Source of the DNA: Demequina lutea
GTDB taxonomy: Bacteria > Actinomycetota > Actinomycetes > Actinomycetales > Demequinaceae
Length of the DNA: 64,000 nt
Assembly (NCBI GenBank): GCA_003246255.1
Contig: QKAX01000152.1
Span: 19,099 to 83,098 of the forward strand
Reading direction: 5' to 3'
Positions 12,209 to 22,639 of this stretch are shown piece by piece. The stretch's first letter is position 1. Every line of letters begins with the position of its first letter. The position numbers and the translations under genes were made by a program. A model generated the notes under the pieces. It was not told the origin of the DNA, ran no database searches, and was given only the letters and a program-made list of their open reading frames with translations.

Positions 12209-14662
12209 TCAGGCGACCCGGACGGGCGCCACGACATCGGCGTAGACAAGAACGAGGCTCATGAGGATGAGTATTCCGAACACTCCGTACGCGACCGGCA
12301 TCATGCGCGCGACGTCCACCGGCGCGGGCCTGGGGAGGTTGCGCACGCGCGCCCAGCCGTTCTTGATGCCCTGCCACAGCGCGGAGGCGACGTGGCCGCC
12401 GTCGAGCGGCACCAACGGAATCACGTTGAAGACGAACAGCGCGAGGTTAAGCCCCGCGAGCAGCAGCAGGAGCTGCGCCACGCGATCGGTGAGGGTGATG
12501 CCGGGGCCCTCAACCGAGGTGACGTCTCCGGCCGCGCGGCCGATGCCCACGATGCCCATCACGGACGACTCCGAGCGCTCCTCAAGGCCAATAGCCGCGC
12601 GAGCCACGTGATACAGCTGCGAGGGCAGCTGGGCCACGACGCCCACCGTCTGCCCCAGGTAGCTGCCTGTGTCCAGCACACCCTGCCACCACGGCTGACG
12701 CTGATACTCGACGAGCGAATACACGCCCAGGTAGCCGATGGTCTGGGTGGCCGACGCGCCGGCCGGGTCAGTCACCTCGCGCGACGCGGGCGTCAGGGTC
12801 AGGTTCAGGAGCTCGCCGTCGCGCTCCACCACCAGGTCGATGCTCTGGCCGGGTCGCTCCGACACGTAGCTCGTGAGGTCGCCCCACTCCCCAAGCTCCC
12901 GGCCATCGGCCGAGACGAATGTGTCCCCCGGCTGCAGTCCCGCGGCCACCGCGGGCGACGCCTGGTCGCCAGGGGCGCACTCGGTTGCGCCCGAGGGCAG
13001 CACGCACGCGATGGTGTCGCGCACGGTAAGAGTCTGCGCGGGGACGCCGATGCCGGAGACCACCACTGTGAACAGCACCGCGGCGATGATGAGGTTCATG
13101 ACGGGGCCGCCCGCCATCACGATGATCTTGCGCCACCAGGCGAGGTGATAGAACGCCCGCGCGTCATCGTCGCCGATCTCTTCCTCGGCGGCCTCGCGCG
13201 CATCGCGGATCAGGTTGCCCGCCCAGCCGCCGAACGTGACGGGCTTCACTGCACGCGCGGGGGGCACCATGCCCACGAGCCGCACGTAGCCGCCCAGCGG
13301 GAACGCCTTGAGCCCGTACTCGGTCTCGCCCCGCTTGGTGGACCACACAGTGGGGCCGAAGCCCACAAAGTACTCGGAGACCTTGACGCCAAACTTCTTG
13401 GCTGGCGCGAGGTGGCCGATCTCGTGGAGGGCGATGGACACCATCAGGCCCACGACCATGACGGCGATTCCCAGCGCGGCAAGCATGGCTCCACTGTAAG
13501 CCAGCGCGATGAGCGCGTCGGCTGTGCTTCTGGCGAACGCCTCCGCGTGGTCGACCGCGTCGAGGCTCACCTCGGAGGGCGCGTCGTACTGCTCCAGGAC
13601 GCGGCGCACCGTCTCCACGATCTCCAGGAAAGGGAGCCTGTCCGCCGCGAAGGCGGCCACCGCCTGCTCGTTCGCAGCGTTGAAGACGGCCGGGTGAAGG
13701 TCCGATGCGGCGGCGGCCTCGCGCGCGACGCTGATGGCTGGGAACGTCTGCTCGTCGAGGGGCTCGAACGTCCACTCCTGCGCGCGCGTCCAGTCCATGT
13801 AGGGCGTCACGTCGTCGAGGCGCTCGGGCCAGCTGAGGCCCAGCGCGATGGGCAGCCGCATGTCGGGCGGCGAGGCCTGCGCGATCGTCGCCCCGTCCAC
13901 AAACTCCACCATCGAGTGCACGATCGACTGGGGGTGCACCACCACGTCGATGCGCTCGTACGGCATGTCGAACAGCCAGTGTGCCTCGATCACCTCAAGC
14001 GCCTTGTTCACCAAAGTCGCCGAGTTCATGGTGACCACGGGGCCCATGTCCCAGTTGGGGTGTTTGAGCGCCTGCTCGGGAGTGACGTCGGCGAGCTCCG
14101 CGCGCGTCTTGCCACGGAACGCCCCGCCCGATGCCGTCAGCACCAGGCGCTTCACCTCGCCGGTGGTTCCGGAGCGCAGCGACTGCGCGAGCGCTGAGTG
14201 CTCGGAGTCCACCGGCACCATCTGATCTGGCCGTTGCAGCGCGCGAGTCACCAGCGCGCCGCCCGCCACAAGAGACTCCTTGTTCGCCAAGGCCAGCGTG
14301 GAGCCTGCCCCAAGGGCGGCGAGGGTGGGCCGCAGGCCCACGGATCCTGTGATGCCGTTCAGCACCACATCGGCACCGATGCCCGCGGCGGCGACCACGG
14401 CGTCCATGCCGCCCTCCACGGGGATGTCGCCGGCTCCCGCCGAAGCGAGCGCGTCGCGGACGGCCTGCACCGCATCGGAGTTCGCGACGGCCACGAGCCG
14501 GGGCCTCGTCGCGGCCGCCTGCTCGGCCACCCGCGCGGGATCCGAGCCGCCGGCCGCAAGCGCGACCACGTCAAACGCGTCGCGATGGCGCGCGATGACG
14601 TCAAGCGCCTGCACGCCGATCGACCCCGTAGAGCCCAGCAGCGACACAGTGCGAGGGGTCAC
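12209..14662 (-). CDS. dxr: single 817-aa ORF: 1-deoxy-D-xylulose-5-phosphate reductoisomerase (aa 1-392) fused in frame to an M50 site-2 metalloprotease of RseP/Rip1 type (aa 393-817)
   Basis: The Dxr part has LLGSTGSIG, NKESLV, DSEHSA and NWDMG motifs. The M50 part begins MLAALGIAVMVVGLMVSIALHEIGHLAPAKKFGV...FGPTVWSTKRGETEYGLKAFPLGGYV and carries a PDZ-like region. There is no stop codon in any frame around the junction (ATG at 13486). GTGA overlap with the upstream gene. Confidence 0.8.
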   Translation of the reverse strand: MTPRTVSLLGSTGSIGVQALDVIARHRDAFDVVALAAGGSDPARVAEQAAATRPRLVAVANSDAVQAVRDALASAGAGDIPVEGGMDAVVAAAGIGADVVLNGITGSVGLRPTLAALGAGSTLALANKESLVAGGALVTRALQRPDQMVPVDSEHSALAQSLRSGTTGEVKRLVLTASGGAFRGKTRAELADVTPEQALKHPNWDMGPVVTMNSATLVNKALEVIEAHWLFDMPYERIDVVVHPQSIVHSMVEFVDGATIAQASPPDMRLPIALGLSWPERLDDVTPYMDWTRAQEWTFEPLDEQTFPAISVAREAAAASDLHPAVFNAANEQAVAAFAADRLPFLEIVETVRRVLEQYDAPSEVSLDAVDHAEAFARSTADALIALAYSGAMLAALGIAVMVVGLMVSIALHEIGHLAPAKKFGVKVSEYFVGFGPTVWSTKRGETEYGLKAFPLGGYVRLVGMVPPARAVKPVTFGGWAGNLIRDAREAAEEEIGDDDARAFYHLAWWRKIIVMAGGPVMNLIIAAVLFTVVVSGIGVPAQTLTVRDTIACVLPSGATECAPGDQASPAVAAGLQPGDTFVSADGRELGEWGDLTSYVSERPGQSIDLVVERDGELLNLTLTPASREVTDPAGASATQTIGYLGVYSLVEYQRQPWWQGVLDTGSYLGQTVGVVAQLPSQLYHVARAAIGLEERSESSVMGIVGIGRAAGDVTSVEGPGITLTDRVAQLLLLLAGLNLALFVFNVIPLVPLDGGHVASALWQGIKNGWARVRNLPRPAPVDVARMMPVAYGVFGILILMSLVLVYADVVAPVRVA

Positions 14663-15216
14663 TGCGCGCCCTGGAGCACGTCGATAGCTCGCGCGAGGTA
14701 CGCGTCCACCGTGCGCTCGTCGTACGCCGCGCGCTTTCCCTTCGACGCGAAGGTCGCAGCGCGCAGTTCCTCCGCCGTGAGGGGGGCTCCCGTGTCGAAG
14801 AACGCGATCAGCCTGTCGAGGAGGTCATCAACCTGCCGGGCGTCGTACCCACGACGGCTCTTGACCGGTCCGCGGAAGCGCTGGCCAAGCGGGCGGCGCA
14901 GGCGCGGATACAGCACCTGTGCGCGCTCGGCGAGCTGCGACATCCATGCCTCCTGCCCGTAGGCACGCACAAACTGGTCCCGCGCCCGCGTCGCGAAGGC
15001 CGTCTCGAGGCGATCGAGCGCTGCGTCTACCGCGTCGGTCTTGTAGCCGCCCCGTGCCATGTCAAACGCCGCACGATGCACATCGAGCGCCGACATCGCC
15101 TGCTCGTCGAGAGCGGGGCGCTCGTAGGCCATGCGTGCCTGAGCAAAGAAGTCGTCCACCTGACCCCGGTGATAACCACGGGATAGCTGGTTCACGTGGG
15201 GGAACATGTCCCTCAT
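14659..15216 (-). CDS. DivIVA-domain repeat protein
   Basis: Four copies of a G-Y-x-x-x-x-V-D-x-(F/L)-L-like motif: [48 protein letters not shown]. The ATG at 15216 has an AAGGAGG SD and an ATGA overlap with the rlmN stop. Confidence 0.75.
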   Translation of the reverse strand: MRDMFPHVNQLSRGYHRGQVDDFFAQARMAYERPALDEQAMSALDVHRAAFDMARGGYKTDAVDAALDRLETAFATRARDQFVRAYGQEAWMSQLAERAQVLYPRLRRPLGQRFRGPVKSRRGYDARQVDDLLDRLIAFFDTGAPLTAEELRAATFASKGKRAAYDERTVDAYLARAIDVLQGAQ

Positions 15217-16334
15217 TCGCCCTCCTTGATCGCAAGCTGGCCGCACGCGCCATCGATATCGCTTCCACGAGTATCGCGGATGGTCACCGGGATGCCGTGC
15301 GACGCGAGCGTGTCGACAAACTCCTGTTCAACAGCCGGGTCCGACGCCGTCCACTTGCTACCCGGCGTGGGGTTCAGCGGGATCGGGTTGACGTGCACCC
15401 ATCCCTTTCCTCGCTCGGTGAGCTTCTTGCCCAACAGGTCGGCGCGCCACGCGTGGTCGTTGATGTCGCGAATCAGCGCGTACTCGATGCTCACCCGGCG
15501 GCCGGTGGCGTCGAAGTACCTGCGCGCGGCGTCGAGGGCGTCGTCCACGCTGTACCGCGTGTTGATGGGCACTAACTCGTTCCTCAGCTCGTCATCGGGG
15601 GCGTGCAGGCTGAGCGCAAGCGTCACCTGCAGGCCCTCCTTGGCGAGCTTGTCGATCGCAGGGGCGAGGCCCACAGTTGACACGGTGACGTGGCGAGCAG
15701 ACAGCCCAAAGCCTTCGGGCGGCGGCGCAATGAGGGTGCGCACGGCGGTGATGACTGACTTGTAGTTGGCGAGCGGCTCGCCCATGCCCATGAACACCAC
15801 GTTCGAGAGTCGCACCACCTCACCCAACTCACCATCGCGGGCGGCGCGCGCAGCGAGGCGTACCTGTTCGATGATCTCGGCGGCCGAGAGGTTGCGGGTG
15901 AGACCCATCTGGCCCGTGGCGCAGAACGGGCAGGCCATGCCGCAACCGGCCTGGCTCGTCACGCACAGCGTCGCGCGCTCGGGGTACTTCATCAGCACCG
16001 ACTCGACCTTGACGTTGTCGTGCAGCGCCCACAGGGTCTTGATCGTGGCGCCCTTGTCGGCCTCGAGCGTGCGCACCGGCGACATGAGGCTGGGGAACAG
16101 CACCTGCGCCATGTCGCCGCGTGCGCCAGCCGGCAGGTCCGTCATGTCGTCGGGATCCACAGTGAGGTGATCGAAGTAGTGGGCCGCGAGCTGCTTGGCA
16201 CGGAAGGCGGGTTGACCCATGGCCTTCACGGCCTCGACGCGCCCGGCGGCGTCGAGATCCGCAAAGTGAGTGGGGGCCTTGCCGCGCTTGGGCGCTGCCA
16301 TCTGTAGGAGCGGCCGCTTCGTTTCTTCCGTCAC
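15213..16334 (-). CDS. rlmN: 23S rRNA/tRNA (adenine-C2)-methyltransferase RlmN, radical SAM
   Basis: [21 protein letters not shown] radical-SAM cluster motif. GTG 16334 overlaps the cdsA TGA (GTGA). An ATG at 16301 is an alternative start. Confidence 0.9.
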   Translation of the reverse strand: MTEETKRPLLQMAAPKRGKAPTHFADLDAAGRVEAVKAMGQPAFRAKQLAAHYFDHLTVDPDDMTDLPAGARGDMAQVLFPSLMSPVRTLEADKGATIKTLWALHDNVKVESVLMKYPERATLCVTSQAGCGMACPFCATGQMGLTRNLSAAEIIEQVRLAARAARDGELGEVVRLSNVVFMGMGEPLANYKSVITAVRTLIAPPPEGFGLSARHVTVSTVGLAPAIDKLAKEGLQVTLALSLHAPDDELRNELVPINTRYSVDDALDAARRYFDATGRRVSIEYALIRDINDHAWRADLLGKKLTERGKGWVHVNPIPLNPTPGSKWTASDPAVEQEFVDTLASHGIPVTIRDTRGSDIDGACGQLAIKEGE

Positions 16335-17800
16335 AGGCCACCACCTCCCAACGTTCCGAGGAAGATTGCGAACACCACGTAGCCCACGGGTGCCGCGAAC
16401 AACAACGAGTCGATGCGGTCCAGGATGCCGCCGTGGCCGGGCAGCGCGCTCGACATGTCCTTGATGTGAATGTCGCGCTTGAGCGCGCTCTCGGCGAGGT
16501 CGCCAATGACAGCGGCGACGGTCGAGGCAAAGCCCACAGCCGCGCCGATGTACCACGCACCATCAAAGAAGAAGAAAGCGGCGACGGCGGCAGCGGCCGT
16601 ACCGAGCACCGCGCCACCGATGGCGCCCTCCCACGTCTTCTTGGGACTCACGCGCTCCAGCAGCTTGTGCTTGCCCCACAGCATGCCCGCGACAAGGCCG
16701 CCGGTGTCGTTGCCCACCACCGCGAGCACCACCACCACTACTCGCATCCAGCCCTCATCCGCGAGTTCGAGTAGAAAGAGGAACGAGCCCAAGAACGGGA
16801 TCCACAGGAGCGTCAACACACCAGCGAGGGAATCGGCCAGCGTGTTCTCCACGCGCTCATCGCCCAGGCGCCACGCCACGACGCCCGCAGAACCGATGAG
16901 CATCGCCACGACGAGTCCCTCGGGCTTGGCAAACCATGTCGCCACTCCCATGCCAAGGGTCGCTGCCACCAGCGGCACCACCGGGATCGAACGGCCGTGC
17001 CGAGCGACGGCGCGGGACCACTCGATGACCGCGCCCACGACGAAGGCATACAACACGCCCGCAAACACCAGCGGGTGGAGCCACGCGGCTCCGATGGCCA
17101 ACGCCAGCAGCACCACTCCCACCAGCGTGGCGACGGGCAGATTGCGCCCGCCCGACGACGGGGCGGGGTGCTCGTCGACGTCGGACGCACTCGCGGGAAC
17201 GGCCTGGAGCACCTCCGTGCGATCCTCGCCTGCCTCGGGGCCGCGATACTGCACGGGCTCTGCCGACCACTCCCCCGTGTGGGGCGCCGCCGCCATCGCC
17301 TCAGGCGTGAAGTCCTTGCCGATCACGAAGTCCTCGTCGGGACGCCCAAAGTCTGTCGTGTCCTCGGCGTCCGGCCACGGGTGCGACACCTGCGGGACGT
17401 CCTGGCCCGGTTCGATCTCAAGGGCGCCAGTCTCCGGGGCGTCGACTGGCGACAGGATGTCGTGACGCTCGTGCACCGGCTCGCCGTCGAGGTCGGCGCG
17501 CGCGGCGACAGCCGCCGGGGCGGCCGAGTCGAGCGGGGGGTCCACGGCGTCGTCTTCGGGGGCGAAGCCCTCGGGAGTAAAAGCGCGCCGCACGTCGTCG
17601 GTGTCTGCCTCGGCCACGCCCTCGTCGCGCGCGGTGCTGTGGCCGCGGCGCTCGAACATGCTGCGCTGCAGCTCGCGATACCGATGAGCCGAGAACAGGT
17701 CCGCTGCACGCAGGCGCCGGTTCGCCTGGCCAGCATCCGCCTCGGGGCTCTCGATGTCCTCCGGGGCGGAACGCGTGGACTCGGCGTCGTCGCCAGCCAT
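16331..17800 (-). CDS. cdsA: phosphatidate cytidylyltransferase with ~205-aa acidic N-terminal extension
   Basis: C-terminal [12 protein letters not shown]...[25 protein letters not shown] signature. The ATG at 17800 overlaps the frr TAA by 1 nt. Confidence 0.85.
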   Translation of the reverse strand: MAGDDAESTRSAPEDIESPEADAGQANRRLRAADLFSAHRYRELQRSMFERRGHSTARDEGVAEADTDDVRRAFTPEGFAPEDDAVDPPLDSAAPAAVAARADLDGEPVHERHDILSPVDAPETGALEIEPGQDVPQVSHPWPDAEDTTDFGRPDEDFVIGKDFTPEAMAAAPHTGEWSAEPVQYRGPEAGEDRTEVLQAVPASASDVDEHPAPSSGGRNLPVATLVGVVLLALAIGAAWLHPLVFAGVLYAFVVGAVIEWSRAVARHGRSIPVVPLVAATLGMGVATWFAKPEGLVVAMLIGSAGVVAWRLGDERVENTLADSLAGVLTLLWIPFLGSFLFLLELADEGWMRVVVVVLAVVGNDTGGLVAGMLWGKHKLLERVSPKKTWEGAIGGAVLGTAAAAVAAFFFFDGAWYIGAAVGFASTVAAVIGDLAESALKRDIHIKDMSSALPGHGGILDRIDSLLFAAPVGYVVFAIFLGTLGGGGL

Positions 17801-18357
17801 TAGACCTCGAGCAGCTCGCTCTCCTTGTGAGCGAGCAGTGCGTCGATCGCGTCGACGTGCTTCTTTGTCAGGATGTCGAGGTCCTTCTCGCCGCGCGTGC
17901 CCTCGTCCTCGCCCACGTCGCCATCCTTCACGGCAGCATCGATCGCGTCCTTCGCCTTGCGGCGCATGTTGCGGATGGTGACGCGGGACTCCTCGGCGCG
18001 CTGCTTGGCGAGCTTCACGTAGTCGCGTCGGCGCTCCTCCGTCAGCGGCGGCATATTGACGCGCAGCACCTGGCCGTCGTCAGACGGGTTGATGCCAAGG
18101 TCCGAGGAGCGCAGCGCCTTCTCGATGTCCTTCTTGGCGGTCGCGTCGTAGGGCGCGATCACCACTGTGCGGGGCTCGGGGATCGAGATCGACGCGAGCT
18201 GCTGCAGCGGCGTCGGCGCGCCGTAGTACTCGACCGCAATGTTGGCGAACATCGCCGACGACGCCTGGCCCGTGCGAATCGTGGCCATGTTGTCGCGCGC
18301 CACATTCAGCGCCGTGTCCATGTTCTCCTCGGCGTCGAGGAGGATCTCGTCAATCAC
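17800..18357 (-). CDS. frr: ribosome recycling factor
   Basis: VIDEILLDAEENMDTAL...LTEERRRDYVK. The GTG start at 18357 gives the canonical 185 aa. Confidence 0.93.
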   Translation of the reverse strand: MIDEILLDAEENMDTALNVARDNMATIRTGQASSAMFANIAVEYYGAPTPLQQLASISIPEPRTVVIAPYDATAKKDIEKALRSSDLGINPSDDGQVLRVNMPPLTEERRRDYVKLAKQRAEESRVTIRNMRRKAKDAIDAAVKDGDVGEDEGTRGEKDLDILTKKHVDAIDALLAHKESELLEV

Positions 18358-18379
18358 GTCTGTCCCTTCGTGCCGGCAC

Positions 18380-19123
18380 CTACGCGGTGACCAGCGTCCC
18401 GATTCTCTCACCCAGCAGGGCCCTGGTCACATTGCCGGGCTCCTCCAGGCCAAACACCACCATGGGCAGTTTGTTATCCATGCCCAGGCTAAACGCCGCA
18501 GCGTCCAACACCTTGAGTCCGTTGCGCAACGCATCGTCGTACGTGACGTGCGAGAGGCGCTCGGCCGTCTCGTCCTTGCGCGGATCAGCCGTGTACACGG
18601 CGTCCACGCCGTTCTTGCCCACGATCACCTCGGCACAGCCAGTTTCCAGCGCGCGTTGGACCGACACCGTGTCGGTGGAGAAGTACGGCATGCCAGCGCC
18701 TGCGGCAAACACCACCACGCGCCCCTTCTCCAGATGACGGATCGCGCGCAGCGGGATGTAGGGCTCGGCCACTTGGCCCATCGTGATGGCGGTCTGCACG
18801 CGGGTGACCACGCCCGCCTGCTCCAGGAAGTCCTGCAGGGCGAGGGCGTTCATCACGGTGCCCAACATGCCCATGTAGTCCGCGCGCGACCGCTCCATGC
18901 CAGCCTGGCTGAGCTCGGCACCGCGGAAGAAGTTGCCGCCGCCCACGACGATGGCCACCTGCACGCCCTCGCGGACTGCCTCGCCGATCTCCCCGGCGAT
19001 GCGGCGCACGACCACGGGGTCAAGCCCCACCGAGCCGCCGCCGAACATCTCACCGGAGAGCTTCAGCAAAACGCGACGCGCCGCGGGAGGGACCGAACCC
19101 GGTTCGGGATTGGAATCGGGCAT
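18380..19123 (-). CDS. pyrH: UMP kinase
   Basis: [13 protein letters not shown]...[10 protein letters not shown] motifs. Confidence 0.95.
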   Translation of the reverse strand: MPDSNPEPGSVPPAARRVLLKLSGEMFGGGSVGLDPVVVRRIAGEIGEAVREGVQVAIVVGGGNFFRGAELSQAGMERSRADYMGMLGTVMNALALQDFLEQAGVVTRVQTAITMGQVAEPYIPLRAIRHLEKGRVVVFAAGAGMPYFSTDTVSVQRALETGCAEVIVGKNGVDAVYTADPRKDETAERLSHVTYDDALRNGLKVLDAAAFSLGMDNKLPMVVFGLEEPGNVTRALLGERIGTLVTA

Positions 19124-19164
19124 CGGGGCATCCTCCTCGCGGCGCGTGCTACAGGTTGTGAGAC

Positions 19165-20004
19165 TTAGGCTCCCACACGGAAACGGGCGAAGGCGACAAC
19201 CTCGCCGCCCGTCGCCTCGACGACCTTGCCGACCGTGGTCTTGGGGTCCTTGGCGAACGCCTGCTCGGGCAGCACGTTCTCCTTGTAGAAGCCGTTCATG
19301 CGGCCCTCGACGATCTTGGGCAGCGCGGCCTCGGGCTTGCCCTCGTTGCGCGAGGTCTCCTCGGCAACGCGGCGCTCGTTCTCCACGACATCCGCGGGAA
19401 CCTCGTCTCGCGTGAGGTACGCGGGCGAGTAGGCGGCGATGTGCATGGCCACGTCGCGAGCAACCTCGCCGGCCTTTGCGTCGGCGCCCACGAGCACGCC
19501 CACCTGAGCGGGGAGGTCCTTGTTGGTCTTGTGGAGGTACTCGGCAACAACCGGTGCCTCGACGCGTGCCACGCGACGCAGCACGATCTTCTCGCCCAGC
19601 ACGCCGGCGTTCTCGTCGATGACGTCCTTGACGGTCTTGCCGTTCAGGGGCGCCTCGAGAGCGGCATCGAGGTCAGCGGCACCAGCGTCGACGACGGCCT
19701 TGAGGACCTCGTCTGCGAGCGCCACGAACTTCTCGTTCTTGGCCACGAAGTCGGTCTCCGAGTTGAGCTCGATGAGCGTGCCCACCTGGCCCGACGCGGC
19801 GTCGGCGATGTGCGTGGCCACGAGGCCCTCGGAAGCGGAGCGACCCTCGCGCTTGGTGACGCCCTTGAGGCCCTTCACGCGGAGGATGTCAACTGCCTTG
19901 TCGATGTCGCCGTCGGCCTCGTCGAGGGCCTTCTTGACGTCGAGCATGCCGGCACCAGTGCGCTCGCGGAGCGCCTGGATGTCAGCGACGGTGTAGTTCG
20001 CCAT
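19165..20004 (-). CDS. tsf: elongation factor Ts
   Basis: [27 protein letters not shown] is the EF-Ts N-terminal UBA-like motif. Confidence 0.95.
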   Translation of the reverse strand: MANYTVADIQALRERTGAGMLDVKKALDEADGDIDKAVDILRVKGLKGVTKREGRSASEGLVATHIADAASGQVGTLIELNSETDFVAKNEKFVALADEVLKAVVDAGAADLDAALEAPLNGKTVKDVIDENAGVLGEKIVLRRVARVEAPVVAEYLHKTNKDLPAQVGVLVGADAKAGEVARDVAMHIAAYSPAYLTRDEVPADVVENERRVAEETSRNEGKPEAALPKIVEGRMNGFYKENVLPEQAFAKDPKTTVGKVVEATGGEVVAFARFRVGA

Positions 20005-20012
20005 GTCAGTCC

Positions 20013-20894
20013 TTACTTGTCGTCGGCGGACGCCTCGGCGGCGTCGGCCTGCTTGGTCGTCTCTTCGGCAGCGGGGGCCTCTGCGACCTCAGCGGCTGGC
20101 GCCTCCTCGGTCTTCGCCTCAGCACCGTCCAGGAGCTCCTGCTCCCACTCGGCCAGCGGCTCGGCGTCGGCGGTCTCGGCGGCCTCGTCACCCGACTTCG
20201 CCGTGTAACGCTGCTTGATGCCGTCGGCGACGGCGTCGGCGATCACGCGGGTAAGCAGGCCCACCGAGCGGATGGCGTCGTCGTTGCCGGGGATGCCGTA
20301 TGACACGTCGTCGGGGTCGCAGTTGGAGTCGAGGATGCCCACCACCGGGATGCCCAGCTTCTGAGCCTCGTCCACGGCGAGGTGCTCCTTGTTGGTGTCG
20401 ACGATCCAGATGACGGAGGGCGTCTTGCCCATGTCACGGATGCCGCCGAGCACCTTGTCCAGCTTCTCCTTCTCGCGGCGCAGGCCCAGGAGCTCCTTCT
20501 TGGTGCGGCCCGAACCGGCCACGTCGTCGAAGTCGATCTCCTCGAGCTCCTTGAGGCGCGCGACGCGCTTGGAGACGGTCTGGAAGTTGGTCAGCATGCC
20601 GCCGAGCCAGCGCTCGTTGATGAAGGGCATGCCCACGCGAGCGGCCTGCTCGGCGATGGTCGACTGCGCCTGGCGCTTGGTGCCCACGAAGAGCACGGTG
20701 CCGCCGTGAGCGACGGTCTCACGCACGAACTCGTACGCGGTGTCGATCTTGGACAGCGACTGCTGCAGGTCGATGATGTAGTTGCCGTTGCGCTCGGTGA
20801 GGATGAAGCGCTTCATCTTGGGGTTCCAGCGGCTGGTCTGGTGTCCGAAGTGAACACCTGCATCGAGCAGCTGGCGCATGGTCACGACTGCCAT
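20013..20894 (-). CDS. rpsB: 30S ribosomal protein S2 (acidic C-terminal tail)
   Basis: [27 protein letters not shown]. Confidence 0.96.
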   Translation of the reverse strand: MAVVTMRQLLDAGVHFGHQTSRWNPKMKRFILTERNGNYIIDLQQSLSKIDTAYEFVRETVAHGGTVLFVGTKRQAQSTIAEQAARVGMPFINERWLGGMLTNFQTVSKRVARLKELEEIDFDDVAGSGRTKKELLGLRREKEKLDKVLGGIRDMGKTPSVIWIVDTNKEHLAVDEAQKLGIPVVGILDSNCDPDDVSYGIPGNDDAIRSVGLLTRVIADAVADGIKQRYTAKSGDEAAETADAEPLAEWEQELLDGAEAKTEEAPAAEVAEAPAAEETTKQADAAEASADDK

Positions 20895-21184
20895 GGCTTG
20901 TCCTTGTCCGCACGCGCACGCGTGCTGAGGCGTGGGAGGGTTGCTCCCAGGTTTTGGTTGTCGATGCCGGCCGGGTGGACGGCATCCCTAGCGCCAACGC
21001 GGGTCAGCACCGAGTTGCCTCGGACCTTGCCTTCCCGGCGCCCTCCTGCATGCAGGCGGTCGAATGGCGCGCGTTGTCACCCGCTCGCACGGGTGCGCGA
21101 CTATCGTAGCCGATCCGGGCGCTCGCGTCGCGCTGCGAGCGTCGTCCCCTGTCCCGGTCCCGCTCCGAGTTCCACAAGGCACCG

Positions 21185-21880
21185 ATGTTCGACTCGCGTG
21201 CACTCGCCGCGCGACGGTGGCATCACCTCATGAGTCCACCGACAGTCGACCACCCGTCCGTCAACTCCGGGCGCGCTGGCGCCCTGCTCGTCGTTGCCGC
21301 ACTGCTCACTCTCGCCGCCTTCGCTGATGCACCTGCGGCGCAGGCATCGACCCCCGCTCCGACCACCACGCTCGCCCTTCCGGTCGACGGGGCATCGATC
21401 GTCTCGTTGGCCCGCCTGCCCGAGGCTCCCTGGAGGCCAGGACACCGGGGTATCGACGTGGGTGCGCGAACAGGCGAACAGGTGGTCGCCCCTGGGTCCG
21501 GCACCGTGGTGTTCGCCGGATGGGTGGTGAACAGGCCCGTGGTGACGATCGACCACGGGCGGGGGCTGGTGACCTCGCTCGAGCCCGTTGACGCGGGCGT
21601 TGTCGTGGGCACCACCGCCAGACGAGGGGAGCCCATTGGCACTGTGGCAGAGGCGCCTGGTCACTGCACCCCATCGATCTGCATCCACTGGGGAGTGAGG
21701 CTCGATGGCATCTATCAGGATCCGCTTGACTACCTCGAGGGTTTTGGGCCGGTGGTCTTGCTCCCGACGCCGTCACCCGCCACCGCGCTGGCACCCGCAC
21801 GGGGCGGTGCCGCGGGGCGCTACGAGAAGGCGCCCGACTTGATGAGGCTGTCGCGCAGCTTCTTGACGGCGGCGGAGTGA
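21185..21880 (+). CDS. M23 family metallopeptidase (secreted)
   Basis: PWRPGHRGIDVGA...GTVVFAG...ICIHWGVRLDGIYQDP motifs. The signal sequence may instead begin at the ATG at 21230. The 3' end overlaps the convergent sigma-factor gene by 61 nt. Confidence 0.8.
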   Translation: MFDSRALAARRWHHLMSPPTVDHPSVNSGRAGALLVVAALLTLAAFADAPAAQASTPAPTTTLALPVDGASIVSLARLPEAPWRPGHRGIDVGARTGEQVVAPGSGTVVFAGWVVNRPVVTIDHGRGLVTSLEPVDAGVVVGTTARRGEPIGTVAEAPGHCTPSICIHWGVRLDGIYQDPLDYLEGFGPVVLLPTPSPATALAPARGGAAGRYEKAPDLMRLSRSFLTAAE

Positions 21881-22629
21881 ATCTGCGACACCCGCGACTC
21901 GGTCACGCCGAGGATCTGCCCGATCTGCGCGAGAGTCAGGTTCTCGTAGTAGTAAAGGTGCAGCACCTGCTGTTCGCGATCGCGCACGCCCTGGATAGCT
22001 GTGGCCAGGAGAGTGTGGGTCTCGCGGGCCTCGACCGAGGTGGAGGCGCCCGGCACCGCCGTCGACGCAAACGTCTCGATCGCGATCGTGTCCGGCTCGG
22101 CGCCCAACGAGTCCAGCGCGGCCACGTGGCTCAACGTCACCTGCGCGCGCACCGTACGTACCTCGGCGACAGCCCAACCGAGCGCGCGCGCCACGTCCTC
22201 GTCGCCCACCTGACGCTGCAGCTGCTGCTCCAGATCCCGCACGGCCTGCTCCACCGCCCGCGCCTTCGTGCGGACACTGCGCGGCACCCAGTCGGCGGCA
22301 CGCAGCTCGTCGATGATGGCGCCGCGAATGCGAGTGGAGGCATACGTCTCGAACTTGAATCCCCGCTCGAGCTCAAACTTCTCGACTGCGTCGATGAGGC
22401 CGAACATGCCGTAGGACACCAGGTCGGCAAGCTCCACGGAGTCTGGCAGGCGCCCGATCATCCGCGTCGCCACCTGCGACACCAGCGGCGCGTAGTGCGT
22501 GATCAGCGCGTCTCGAGCAGCGAGTCGCGTGGCCTCGTCATCGCCCGCGTACGCACGCCATGTCGCCGCGAGGTCGTGGTCGCGAGTCGAGACGCGCGCC
22601 TGCGCGGTGTCGATGGTGTCGATGAACAT
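21820..22629 (-). CDS. whiG: FliA/WhiG family RNA polymerase sigma factor
   Basis: Region 2 (LVSYGMFGLIDAVEKFELERGFKFETYASTRIRGAIIDELR) and region 4 (LTLAQIGQILGVTESRVSQIHS). The ATG at 22629 has a GGGGAG SD. Same neighbourhood as whiG near rpsB in Streptomyces. Confidence 0.88.
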   Translation of the reverse strand: MFIDTIDTAQARVSTRDHDLAATWRAYAGDDEATRLAARDALITHYAPLVSQVATRMIGRLPDSVELADLVSYGMFGLIDAVEKFELERGFKFETYASTRIRGAIIDELRAADWVPRSVRTKARAVEQAVRDLEQQLQRQVGDEDVARALGWAVAEVRTVRAQVTLSHVAALDSLGAEPDTIAIETFASTAVPGASTSVEARETHTLLATAIQGVRDREQQVLHLYYYENLTLAQIGQILGVTESRVSQIHSAAVKKLRDSLIKSGAFS

Positions 22630-22639
22630 GCTTCTCCCC

